This document shows, in pieces, positions 9,801 through 18,853 of a stretch of DNA of 64,000 bases. The notes beneath the pieces are model-generated. The model searched no databases, was not told the DNA's origin, and saw only the letters and a program-made list of their open reading frames with translations. Both the position numbers and the translations under genes were made by a program. The stretch comes from a virus, in the IMG/VR virus record IMGVR_UViG_3300027518_000005; one strand, 5' to 3'. How positions within the stretch are numbered: position 1 is the first letter of the stretch; each line of letters begins with the position of its first letter.

Positions 9801-10385
9801 CTATTTCTCCTTTATGATATTATTGGTTCTTGTTAAGCCTCTGAACCCACCAAGAAGGCCAACTGATAATGCATCATATGGGTCAACTTCTGATACCGTG
9901 AATCCTACAGTTACTTGAGCATACTTAGATTCATTACCATTAACAATAATAATTGGCTTGTTATATGTTACTGTGATACCACCATTTACAACACCTTTAA
10001 TAAATATTTCATCCCCAAATCTAACTGCAACCATTGGAGGTGTTACTGTTTTAGAACCTGCAAGGTATCTTGGTAAGGCTATAGATTGAAGTTTTTTAAT
10101 CAAAGTGTCAACATAATCATCATTAAGATTTTCTATTCTTAAATTGCTAACATTTAAATTTACATCATCTAACATGTCCCTGTGAAGATTTAAACTGATT
10201 TGAACTGTTCTAGGACCTGAATTACTGTATGAGAAAACGGGTGCACTTCTACTTAAGGCGTTCGTGCTACCAAAAGTTGATTGCATTGAATCTGTTATTT
10301 GTTCTGGGTAGGTTGGAATTATTAAAAATTCCTCTGTATGGTATAAGTATATATAGTTAGTAATAAGATTTAATTTTTCTGCCAT
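9801..10385 (-). CDS. Tail tube initiator / baseplate-tube junction (T4 gp48/gp54-like)
   Basis: PEQITDS....F......SRSAP..SY..SGPRT....L and LQS..LP.Y....PP.V.VRFG, the contractile-tail tube-initiator pattern. Confidence 0.7.
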   Translation of the reverse strand: MAEKLNLITNYIYLYHTEEFLIIPTYPEQITDSMQSTFGSTNALSRSAPVFSYSNSGPRTVQISLNLHRDMLDDVNLNVSNLRIENLNDDYVDTLIKKLQSIALPRYLAGSKTVTPPMVAVRFGDEIFIKGVVNGGITVTYNKPIIIVNGNESKYAQVTVGFTVSEVDPYDALSVGLLGGFRGLTRTNNIIKEK

Positions 10386-10387
10386 AA

Positions 10388-11791
10388 TTATTTAACCTCC
10401 ACATATTCACCGATTGCTTGTTCGGAGTCTTTATCAATAAAACCAATTAAGTCGAACTTGTTAGAGTTAGCAGCATTTTCAACATTGGAGCTAATGATTA
10501 CATCATATGTAACGTTTCTTAGTTTTGTTGACCATATAGTAGATTCATTAATAATTGTTGGCATGCCCACAAACTTATGAATTTTAAGTCTCATCTTTCT
10601 TTTAGGGTCTGTTGAAGGTAATGCGTTAAAACTGGCTATGGATATTGTTGTATTGTCGGATAGGATATAATCACCGTTTACATCTGTTTGATATATAAAA
10701 TTACCATTCTTATCAACCACATATTCATTATATCTTTGAACTAGTCTTTTTTGCAACCTAGAAACGTTATTAAGTATTTCTTCATTTGATGTAATAACAT
10801 GTCCAAATAAGTACTCTATCAATCTATTAGAAAAAGGATAACTAACTGTAGAGTTAAAGTCTAACAATTGTGGTCTGGATAAATACTTTCTTTCTATGTT
10901 TCCACCATTATAAACAAATGATTGACCATCTATGTTAGTTGTACCTGTTTCAAAGTTGCACACTTCAAAGCTAACCTTGCGACTAGCAAAGGTTGGGTCA
11001 TCTTCAAAATGAAGTTCAGCTGACTTAACAAAGTCACCTTCTAAAACAACAACAGAAGAAGTAGAAGTTGCAGGAACTTTAATAAACAACTTTAAATTAG
11101 TTTCTTGTTCGTAAAGTCTTTTTGTAAGGATATCGCCTAAGTCAACAAGTTTTTTATATAAAAACGGTGAACTTATTCTTGTGCCCACTTTTTTAACATA
11201 GGTGTGGTCATAAAGAGTAATATCTTCAGGGTCATCTGAAAAGTTAATTACTTTTTCATTGTCATATAAACCTGCAATAATTTCTATTTTAGTATCACAT
11301 TCTATACCAATCGTATATTTTTCAAAAAACTTAACTGGTACCATATAAATCTTAAAGGTATCATTAGCAGTGTCAAATGTAAACTTTACATTACCTGTTA
11401 TATCTTTAACTTGTATATTAAGGTTTTTAGCAAGTTCGTTTGAAAAACAATTATACATACTCATTAAATTAATGTTTTTCATATCCCTATAGAATCTAAG
11501 GTAATCCCCTAAATATTTATGGGTATAAGAATCATATATTGTATCATATACAGCAAGGTTTTTAGTCAAGTTAATAATATTTTCACCATAAATATAGTTT
11601 CTTATGGGTTGGAATGTGGCTTCACTTCCACTAACTTCAACACCTTTTCCTAATATATTATCTTTAATATAAAATACTTCTGGGAATACTTTAACACCTT
11701 CTTTCCACACTTTTACCTTAGGCAAGTTAAATTGCTTGAGCAGTTGCTTTATTTCACCTGTTATAATGTTGTTATTGTTAAATCTTAACAT
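10388..11791 (-). CDS. Hypothetical virion protein (tail/baseplate region)
   Basis: 467 aa ORF with a GAGGA SD, between tape measure and tube initiator. No motif recognised. Confidence 0.5.
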   Translation of the reverse strand: MLRFNNNNIITGEIKQLLKQFNLPKVKVWKEGVKVFPEVFYIKDNILGKGVEVSGSEATFQPIRNYIYGENIINLTKNLAVYDTIYDSYTHKYLGDYLRFYRDMKNINLMSMYNCFSNELAKNLNIQVKDITGNVKFTFDTANDTFKIYMVPVKFFEKYTIGIECDTKIEIIAGLYDNEKVINFSDDPEDITLYDHTYVKKVGTRISSPFLYKKLVDLGDILTKRLYEQETNLKLFIKVPATSTSSVVVLEGDFVKSAELHFEDDPTFASRKVSFEVCNFETGTTNIDGQSFVYNGGNIERKYLSRPQLLDFNSTVSYPFSNRLIEYLFGHVITSNEEILNNVSRLQKRLVQRYNEYVVDKNGNFIYQTDVNGDYILSDNTTISIASFNALPSTDPKRKMRLKIHKFVGMPTIINESTIWSTKLRNVTYDVIISSNVENAANSNKFDLIGFIDKDSEQAIGEYVEVK

Positions 11792-11803
11792 AATCTATTC
11801 CTC

Positions 11804-14062
11804 CTATATTGGCCTATTAAGCTCTCTTGAAAACTCATTTACATTAGTTACCGTTACTTTTAAATCCCCTTTTAATGCAGTTAGTATATTAGAAACATTA
11901 GTATAAAGTTGATTTAGGTTTTCAGAGTTTGTATTCTGGGATGGTTCGGCAGGTATGGCAGGAGGTGCTGATACACTAATTGATGTCCCATAATTCATGA
12001 TATATTTACTTTGTTCATTAACAACATTTGTTGCACCACCCATCGTGACATTATAACCTGCCATAGAACCGAGTAGCTGAGTCATTGTGCTAAGTTTTGG
12101 GTCTAGTAGATATACTAAGTAATTAAAGATGTCGTTAGATGTTTTTTGTTCTTCTTTAGCCCTTTGTTGTTGTGCTTCTGCTGGGGCCATTGCTTTTTGT
12201 GTTTCAAATGAAACAATACCTTCAGAATCACCGGAACCAACAAAAGTAGCTGCAGAAGTAGACCTTCCTCTGGCCCTTCCAAATCCTGTTCCTCTCCTTG
12301 TAACTGCTGTTGGGTCTAAGCCTATTCCATATACACCTAATAAGCTTTCCATATTACCTGCTTGGTTTAATCCTTTAAACAAATCACCTATTTTACCTAT
12401 GACGGAAGCACCAACTATACCTGTTTTAATTAAGTTTTCAACCGTTGTTTCCATGTCTATTCCAAACCCTGCAGCCATCACAGAGGGAATAGCTATACCA
12501 CCAGTTGTACTTTGAATTAAATCTGTTAATGCCCACATGCCTGCCAAAAGTGGTGTTTCTGCAATACCTTGACCAATACCAAATTTAATGTTAGACATTA
12601 CATTTTGAATTTTTTCAGCAATAGATACACGCTCATTAATCATTCCTAATTGACTTCCTAACTCATTGATAGTACCGGCAAAAGACATCATGTTAGTAGT
12701 GATTGCATCTAAATCACCTGTTAAGTTACCTACAGCTCTCAGGTCAGATACACTAAGACCAAAAGTTTGAGCAAATTGAGATGCTACAACTTTATTTCCT
12801 GTTTGACCTATTTCTTGCATATAACCAACCACTGCTTGTAACAATGTGTTAGTATTGACAGCGTTCAATCCATCTGTTAAAATAGAAGCGTAATCAAGAC
12901 CTGCTCTTGAGGCAGCCATGACTAAAAGGTTTTGCATGCTGCTTGAGCTTAAAGCATTAACATTACCTGCACCTAAATATCCAAGTGCTTCAGCAAGTGA
13001 CCTAATTGTACTTTCACTTGTTCCTACTGCACTTAATGAACCTAACCATTTTTGAACCACATATTCAAATTCTACTGATTGTTTAGTTCCCATTAAAGAA
13101 GTGGCTTCTAAAAGGGCATCCGTTACAGAATCAAATGTTTGAGACAAATACTGAGTATCTTGAAACATCTCATTGAAGTATCTTGTAAGACCGGCTTCAA
13201 GACCTAAACGGGAAGCAGTCGAATCTTCTTGTTGTAACTTAACAATTCTTAAAAGAGAGGAGTTAGCAACATCAAATGTTGTTGCAATCTTTTCACTCAC
13301 TGTATCTAAGAATGCTCTTTGTTCAAGGTTAAAAGCAATACCTTGAGCAACTAACTCATTTAAATTTTCTAACATCGAAGATGTTCTAACAAAAGGACTA
13401 ACACCTAGTCCAGAAGTTAAACTACCTTGAAGTTGAGTAAATGTGCTTGCTGTACCTTGTAATCTAGTATTAATAGAGCTTTGGTACTGAGCAAAGGTTG
13501 AAATAACAGAATTAATTTCACCATCAAGTTGTTTAGTTATATTAACTAAACCATTAACCAGTTTTCCACCTGCTTGTTTTAAATCTGCTTTAAGATTATC
13601 TAAAATTTGTTTGACAGGGCTTTTTTCTCCTACAACAACACCTTTTTCATCTAAAATAACCTTGGAACGAAGTTTAGCTATTTCTAACTCTTTATTTAGT
13701 AGTATATCCTGTGCTTTTCTTTGATTGTCTGCTTGTTTTGAGTTTTCTTTATAAAACTCTATTTGATTCTTTTTTTCTAGGTTAAATCTTTCTCTAATCA
13801 ACTTTCTTTCTTCTGCTACTCTAACTGCTTGATAATCTCTAATGAATTCTTTTTCTAATTTTTTACGTTGTTCATTCGTTAACTTTGAGTTGTTTTGTTC
13901 AAGTTGAAGTTTAAAATCAACAATAGCTTGTTCTTGCTTTTTTCTATCGGCCATGATTTGGTTTCTTTTAGCCTTTTCATAGGCAAGCCCAGCTTCTTTA
14001 ATAGTTGTTTCAATATCAACTAACTCATTAATTACACTGGGTTTTGGTTTTTCTATTGCCAT
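11804..14062 (-). CDS. Tape measure protein
   Basis: 752 aa with an N-terminal coiled coil, an A/L/G/S-rich helical body and a hydrophobic segment. Lies directly after the chaperone pair. Confidence 0.75.
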   Translation of the reverse strand: MAIEKPKPSVINELVDIETTIKEAGLAYEKAKRNQIMADRKKQEQAIVDFKLQLEQNNSKLTNEQRKKLEKEFIRDYQAVRVAEERKLIRERFNLEKKNQIEFYKENSKQADNQRKAQDILLNKELEIAKLRSKVILDEKGVVVGEKSPVKQILDNLKADLKQAGGKLVNGLVNITKQLDGEINSVISTFAQYQSSINTRLQGTASTFTQLQGSLTSGLGVSPFVRTSSMLENLNELVAQGIAFNLEQRAFLDTVSEKIATTFDVANSSLLRIVKLQQEDSTASRLGLEAGLTRYFNEMFQDTQYLSQTFDSVTDALLEATSLMGTKQSVEFEYVVQKWLGSLSAVGTSESTIRSLAEALGYLGAGNVNALSSSSMQNLLVMAASRAGLDYASILTDGLNAVNTNTLLQAVVGYMQEIGQTGNKVVASQFAQTFGLSVSDLRAVGNLTGDLDAITTNMMSFAGTINELGSQLGMINERVSIAEKIQNVMSNIKFGIGQGIAETPLLAGMWALTDLIQSTTGGIAIPSVMAAGFGIDMETTVENLIKTGIVGASVIGKIGDLFKGLNQAGNMESLLGVYGIGLDPTAVTRRGTGFGRARGRSTSAATFVGSGDSEGIVSFETQKAMAPAEAQQQRAKEEQKTSNDIFNYLVYLLDPKLSTMTQLLGSMAGYNVTMGGATNVVNEQSKYIMNYGTSISVSAPPAIPAEPSQNTNSENLNQLYTNVSNILTALKGDLKVTVTNVNEFSRELNRPI

Positions 14063-14077
14063 TTTAACTCCTCTCCT

Positions 14078-14303
14078 TTATTTTTCTTTGCTTTTTTTAA
14101 TTTGGTCTATTTGCTCTTGTTGCTTCTTAAAGTCCTCTGATAAGAACTCTATGAAGAATTCCCTTTCTGCTGGTGTCATTGCTAACACATCAGCGTATGA
14201 CGTATGTGTGTTTTTTGTTATAATATAAGATTCTTTTACTATTTGTTTATATCTCCAAGGACCATAAGGTTTACCATCGTCAGTCAACTGTGGGTCCAAA
14301 AAA
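14078..14303 (-). CDS. Tail assembly chaperone C-terminal part (gp51/GT-like), probably expressed by frameshifting from the upstream gene
   Basis: SYADVLAMTPAEREFFIEFL resembles T4 gp51/GT C-termini. The track's TTG start at 14377 has no SD, and the frame overlaps the upstream gene across GAA TTT TTT G. Confidence 0.65.
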
Positions 14304-15038
14304 TTCAGATGTGTAGCGAAACGTGGTAACCACATCGTAACCACATGAGCCACATTTACAGACAACTTCGTTGTCAAGGCCTACCTTTCCATTAAGTTTT
14401 TTGGAAATCTGTAATAATAAGTTAGCATCCTTCATGGGAAGCTTTCTAACAAATGATTCTAACGCAACTGGGTTAAGAACTTGACCATCAACTGTTTTTA
14501 TAATAGATTGTAAGGTTATAATCAAAGTTGGGTCTACTGTTGTATCTTTTAAGCGTTTTTTAAGCTCTTTAGTCTTTGTTGCTATTTCTTCAACAATTCT
14601 AGGGGTTTGAAGCTTTAATTCAATCTTCTTATCGGATTGAGGTAAATGAACCATCTTTAATTCATGGATAGACTCATCATACTCAGTAACAGATAAACCA
14701 TCTAAATCAACTGTAGAAACAGTTACTTCACCACAGTTAGGGCATTGAATAGCCATCTTATATTGAGGGCCATAGGTGACTGTTCTGAGCTTAAATAATA
14801 GATATTGATAATCACCTAAATATAAATCATAAACAGGAACCTCTAACTTTTTAGTTAGACAGTCTTCAATAATTTCAGACATAACCTTATAAGGAGTTTC
14901 CGTTGGGGATAATCTCTTCATTTCTTCTGCTGTAGTCATTGAGCGAACAGTAAAAGTAGGGTCAATAGGCTTTTCATAGATTAAGCCCTTTGACGGCAGT
15001 GTATAGGATTCAGAAATTGTATAGTTATTCTTACTCAC
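14280..15038 (-). CDS. Baseplate hub / tail assembly chaperone (T4 gp26-like), two CxxC pairs
   Basis: YTLPSKG..Y, VR.MT..EE, L..GD..YLL..LR...YG, CPNCG and C.SCG...FF are gp26-family motifs. GTG start. Confidence 0.8.
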   Translation of the reverse strand: MSKNNYTISESYTLPSKGLIYEKPIDPTFTVRSMTTAEEMKRLSPTETPYKVMSEIIEDCLTKKLEVPVYDLYLGDYQYLLFKLRTVTYGPQYKMAIQCPNCGEVTVSTVDLDGLSVTEYDESIHELKMVHLPQSDKKIELKLQTPRIVEEIATKTKELKKRLKDTTVDPTLIITLQSIIKTVDGQVLNPVALESFVRKLPMKDANLLLQISKKLNGKVGLDNEVVCKCGSCGYDVVTTFRYTSEFFGPTVD

Positions 15039-15249
15039 CTTGTAATTCCTCTTCTTTCATAGTACCATTTAATTTAGCACCATTTTCTCTTAGGTACTTG
15101 CTAACAATTAGTCTTACCATAGCTGAAAATGAAAGGTCACGGGAGACAGCTTCCATTCTAATCTGTTTCCACATGTCCTTTGACATTTCAAGTGCAACAA
15201 GCTTCTTTTCTACTTGTTTTGCCAACTCTTCAATTTTAATGTTTGACAT
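15031..15249 (-). CDS. Ribbon-helix-helix (CopG/Arc-like) DNA-binding protein
   Basis: KKLVALEMSKDMWKQIRMEAVSRDLSFSAMVRLIVSKYL fits the beta-strand plus two-helix RHH pattern. GAGG SD and its own GCTAAATTA motif. Confidence 0.65.
   Translation of the reverse strand: MSNIKIEELAKQVEKKLVALEMSKDMWKQIRMEAVSRDLSFSAMVRLIVSKYLRENGAKLNGTMKEEELQGE
15070..15078 (-). promoter_or_regulatory. GCTAAATTA motif (before the chaperone gene, inside the RHH gene)
   Basis: Exact copy about 30 nt upstream of the GTG at 15038. Confidence 0.55.
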
Positions 15250-15274
15250 TTATTTAACCTCTTTTCCTTTCATC

Positions 15275-15283
15275 TAATTTAGC
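15275..15283 (-). promoter_or_regulatory. GCTAAATTA motif (before the RHH gene)
   Basis: Exact intergenic copy. Confidence 0.7.
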
Positions 15284-15320
15284 ATTATAAAATTTATAAA
15301 TTATAAAGATATTGGTAAAT

Positions 15321-15347
15321 AAAAAGAATCTATTGCTAGATTCCTTT
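15321..15347 (-). terminator. Rho-independent terminator downstream of the tail tube gene
   Basis: GAATCTA-ttgc-TAGATTC hairpin followed by a T-run on the minus strand. Confidence 0.65.
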
Positions 15348-15355
15348 ATATTTTA

Positions 15356-15481
15356 TTACTTTTTAGTGTTTTTAGCTATCTTATGTAACGATATTGCTAT
15401 AGAAGTAATTACAGCCGTATGGAACAAGGCCAGTACAATTAACATTCCGTCAGTTCTTATCTGACTAATAATAAAGTCCAT
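15356..15481 (-). CDS. Possible 41-aa single-pass membrane protein (MDFIISQIRTDGMLIVLALFHTAVITSIAISLHKIAKNTKK)
   Basis: Fills the gap between the tube gene and the terminator, with a hydrophobic core and basic tail. It is below the ORF-track cutoff and has no clear SD. Confidence 0.4.
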   Translation of the reverse strand: MDFIISQIRTDGMLIVLALFHTAVITSIAISLHKIAKNTKK

Positions 15482-15496
15482 GTTTTTTTAATAGGC

Positions 15497-16096
15497 TTAT
15501 TCTTCGTCGTAGATAGGCATAGCTCTGTCGAAACGGATGTTAGCAGTAATCATTCTCTTACCGCCATCTTCCATCGTAAATTCGCTTTCACTAATACCTT
15601 TTACCCAGCAACCATCTAATCTCCATTTACGAACGATTTGATAGTCAGGAGTATATTCAATTAAGAAACAGGTTTTCTTATAGTCTGCCATACGTCCAAC
15701 TCTTTCGGTTGTCGCATCGTAGCATAATCTTTGCCAAGCTAAGATAACAGATTTTGTATCAATACCAATAAAGTCATTAACTACAAGGCTTCCTGCTTCA
15801 AAGGTAGGAACACCAGCAGCATACATTTTGGTGTTACCACGTTGAATTACCACTTCATCTTGAGTAAAGTTCGGTACGAAAGCTCTTGCTACTGAAAGTC
15901 TAACTGTGTCATCACCTGTCGATGGAACTAAATCCGAGGCTTGTGGTGTAGCACCTGGTGCAACAATAGCACCTGCTTTTAAGATTGAACTAACCCCATT
16001 CACAATGAATTCAAAGTTATTAGAACGTGCTACCTCATACAATGATGGGTTAGCGTTGTCTATCATGTGATAGGTGCCTAATTGTTTGTCTGACAT
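15497..16096 (-). CDS. Tail tube protein (T4 gp19-like)
   Basis: YE..RSNNFEF, I.RGN...Y.AG, V.DFI......ILAW, G.MADYKK, W.L.GCW and I.FDRA are gp19 family motifs. Confidence 0.9.
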   Translation of the reverse strand: MSDKQLGTYHMIDNANPSLYEVARSNNFEFIVNGVSSILKAGAIVAPGATPQASDLVPSTGDDTVRLSVARAFVPNFTQDEVVIQRGNTKMYAAGVPTFEAGSLVVNDFIGIDTKSVILAWQRLCYDATTERVGRMADYKKTCFLIEYTPDYQIVRKWRLDGCWVKGISESEFTMEDGGKRMITANIRFDRAMPIYDEE

Positions 16097-16108
16097 ATTT
16101 TATTTCTC

Positions 16109-16471
16109 CTATTCCTTACTAGGTTTAGTTTCAATTTCGGTATCAGGCGATGAAACCTTAACACCTTCATCAGAAACCCCTATTTTTGTTTTTTCAGATT
16201 TAACTGATTCATCTTTAACACCTGTAATACCTTGTAATAAGGTAATTAAAGCCATTGAGACCGAAGACACTAAACCAATAACGGCTGGTAAGGCTGCTGT
16301 ATCTAATAGCAATGAACTAAAGATAGCCATACCCACTAAAATAATGAGTGTTGGTAATCCCCATAAACCAATACGCTTACTGGCTTGTTCTTTTGCTGTT
16401 TTAGTTTTAGCTTCAATGATTTTTACTTCTGCATCAGCATTAACTTGTTGTTGTTGTTCTTTGATTTCCAT
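16109..16471 (-). CDS. Two-TM membrane protein inserted between sheath and tube genes
   Basis: Two hydrophobic helices (IGLWGLPTLIILVGMAIFSSLLL; LPAVIGLVSSVSMALITLLQGI) with charged termini. Confidence 0.6.
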   Translation of the reverse strand: MEIKEQQQQVNADAEVKIIEAKTKTAKEQASKRIGLWGLPTLIILVGMAIFSSLLLDTAALPAVIGLVSSVSMALITLLQGITGVKDESVKSEKTKIGVSDEGVKVSSPDTEIETKPSKE

Positions 16472-16491
16472 AATATCTTTTTATCCTCCGT

Positions 16492-17655
16492 TTATTCTGT
16501 TACCGTTGTGGATTCATCTTCTAACACAACTGATAATTCAAAGTCTTCTACAGCTTCAATTGGGAATATTCTAATCGAAGCTTTAAGTCTAGCTTTAGCT
16601 GTAGTAGCTTGTTTAATAACTCTATAGCTGGCTATACCATTACCACTTAACATTCTGTCTAGGACAGGATAGAGAAGTGAAGTAAACTTAATCCATAAAA
16701 CATCGCTGTTTTGTTCAAACGTCAAACCACGTGCTGTTCTATAAAGAACTTTCTTTAATTCTGAGACTAGGTTACGAACGTTAAGGAATGATAAGGCTGT
16801 TGTTCCACCTTCATTGTCCTTCAATGTTCTATTACCCCAGATTAATGTACCGAAAGGTCTCACAAAGCAAATTGGGTTAATCGCAACACCTTCGTTTGTA
16901 TCTAAATCATTTTCATCTGTGCTACGGCCTTGTAAGATATTAATATCATAAGAACCGAAGTTAGCGGTTGTGCCAACTAATCCTGGAACAACACCTCTTG
17001 CGGCACCGGCAACAGCAAACCAAGAAGGATTGCTATTCAATACAGATAAAGCATAAGCAGCTAAGAATGCAAATGAACCCGGTAAAGTAATTTCTTCACC
17101 GCCTTCAATGAACTTAACCCAGGGAGAGAACATTGCACCGAATGTGCCTTCTTCTCCAACTAGTCCAACATAAGCTTTAACTTCAGCAGAGGTAGTTAAC
17201 GTAGAGGCATGGTCACATAAAGCAACAGCATCACCACGTAATTTGGCACATTGCATCATTAAAACGTTTGTTCCGTCGTCGACTAAACCAGCAGGACTTG
17301 ATTCAGAATCAGTGACAGAGTGTTCAAAAGCACCTGCTGTTAAGAATCTAATATCATATTTTGATTTGTCAGCTAATCCAGTAATTGTCCAGTCAACTTC
17401 AGACAAGGCTGTAACACCTTGAACAAGAACTGGTAAACCAGATTCTAAAAGTCTTTTTACAATAATCCAACCATCATCTTGGGCACTTGCTTCTGGGCAT
17501 AGTGCTGTTAATTGAGCAAGGCTAGTAACCAGGGTTGGTTCAAAGGTTGGTACTTCACTATCACCTGGAACTGCGATAGGGACAAAAACAACATTATCCG
17601 ATTGAGGGATAACCGCTACTGTTAAGTCCTGTTCTGTAATTTTGATTTTTGGCAT
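16492..17655 (-). CDS. Tail sheath protein (T4 gp18-like, compact)
   Basis: MPKI.I.E.DL N-terminus; MFSPW, W.A.AG..RG, INPI......G..IWGNRTL, LNVR.L, FEQN...W and I.P....E.F sheath motifs. Confidence 0.92.
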   Translation of the reverse strand: MPKIKITEQDLTVAVIPQSDNVVFVPIAVPGDSEVPTFEPTLVTSLAQLTALCPEASAQDDGWIIVKRLLESGLPVLVQGVTALSEVDWTITGLADKSKYDIRFLTAGAFEHSVTDSESSPAGLVDDGTNVLMMQCAKLRGDAVALCDHASTLTTSAEVKAYVGLVGEEGTFGAMFSPWVKFIEGGEEITLPGSFAFLAAYALSVLNSNPSWFAVAGAARGVVPGLVGTTANFGSYDINILQGRSTDENDLDTNEGVAINPICFVRPFGTLIWGNRTLKDNEGGTTALSFLNVRNLVSELKKVLYRTARGLTFEQNSDVLWIKFTSLLYPVLDRMLSGNGIASYRVIKQATTAKARLKASIRIFPIEAVEDFELSVVLEDESTTVTE

Positions 17656-17706
17656 ATATTACTTTTCTCCTTAATTTAGTTTTTTAAGTAATTCTCGTAA
17701 TTCACA

Positions 17707-17715
17707 TAATTTAGC
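17707..17715 (-). promoter_or_regulatory. GCTAAATTA motif (before sheath)
   Basis: Exact intergenic copy, with a variant GCCAAATTA at 17731-17739. Confidence 0.7.
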
Positions 17716-17784
17716 ATGTAATTATTCATATAATTTGGCATTTTGGTATTTTACTTGTTTGTTACATTTTTATCCCTCTACCCC

Positions 17785-18441
17785 CTACACATCAATCTCG
17801 GTTATTTCGCCTGTTTCGATGTTTTCTGATTGAATTTGGTCCATCTCAACGCTGGCTACATCTACGGTTCCAAGCTCGATTGACGGTGTGGTATTAATCG
17901 GTACACTGAACAAGTAGCAATCATCCACATTTAACCTAATTGTCCATCTAGTAAATTGACCTGAGAACAACCTTTGTGGTATGTCACTTGTATCCGTAAC
18001 TGTTGAGCTTACCCTAACGTTTGCCGTATGTTTAAAGTTAATATTGTTATAGGGTATGGTTACGGTCATTCTTGGGTGGTTAACGAAGTTAAATATAAAG
18101 TTTCTAAGATACTCATCCCCCTCAATAAAGGTTTTTGTATAAATATCTAATTGATAGCTTACAACAATAGGTATTCCGTTTAATAATTGAACGTTATTAT
18201 TGTTTGCATCCAATATCCTACCACTAAAAGATAAAGGCTTTTTATTAGTTTGTAGTATTTCTACATCATTATCTCTGCTTAAAGCGATTAAAGGGAGGGT
18301 TAATGGTTTATCATTAGTTTGGTCAGAAACAGTTTGAAATAGCCTTAATGTTTCATTAGGCTTTAATATAACCATCTTCGGGTCTTTAATCCAACCCTGA
18401 ATCTTGGCATATAATGCATCGTCTATCAAACTAATTGCCAT
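17785..18441 (-). CDS. Tail terminator / sheath stabiliser (T4 gp15-like)
   Basis: LPLIALSR and PI..SYQLDIYT motifs; lies immediately upstream of the sheath gene. Confidence 0.7.
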   Translation of the reverse strand: MAISLIDDALYAKIQGWIKDPKMVILKPNETLRLFQTVSDQTNDKPLTLPLIALSRDNDVEILQTNKKPLSFSGRILDANNNNVQLLNGIPIVVSYQLDIYTKTFIEGDEYLRNFIFNFVNHPRMTVTIPYNNINFKHTANVRVSSTVTDTSDIPQRLFSGQFTRWTIRLNVDDCYLFSVPINTTPSIELGTVDVASVEMDQIQSENIETGEITEIDV

Positions 18442-18442
18442 T

Positions 18443-18847
18443 TTATTCTCCTTTATTTTTATTCTTCGCTATATAGGTCTTTTTAAGTGTTACTATCTTC
18501 TTACTTACAAACTCGAATGCTTTTAGAAGTAAGTTATACCCCTTAACAGTTGCCGAACCATAAGTAATCAAGTTTACTACTGTATCTAAACTAAATACTG
18601 TGTCAGGTACATTTTTATTCTTATCTACCTCTAATATGTAAGTTTTATCTTCTTTTGTTACCTTTAAGTGTTCTATGGCATATAGAAGTATATTTCTTAC
18701 CGACTGCTTTATGTTGTAGCTCTCAAGATATGCATTTATTTTTTTAGCACTCGTATCACGATACTTTGTGATTACGTAGTCTGTTAGAACTTGAGGTACA
18801 AACTCTTTTGCAAATGATTCGTCTTGTGTTTCTATAATAATTTTCAT
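18443..18847 (-). CDS. Hypothetical protein (neck region)
   Basis: 134 aa ORF tightly packed in the operon. Confidence 0.5.
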   Translation of the reverse strand: MKIIIETQDESFAKEFVPQVLTDYVITKYRDTSAKKINAYLESYNIKQSVRNILLYAIEHLKVTKEDKTYILEVDKNKNVPDTVFSLDTVVNLITYGSATVKGYNLLLKAFEFVSKKIVTLKKTYIAKNKNKGE

Positions 18848-18853
18848 AGTTTT

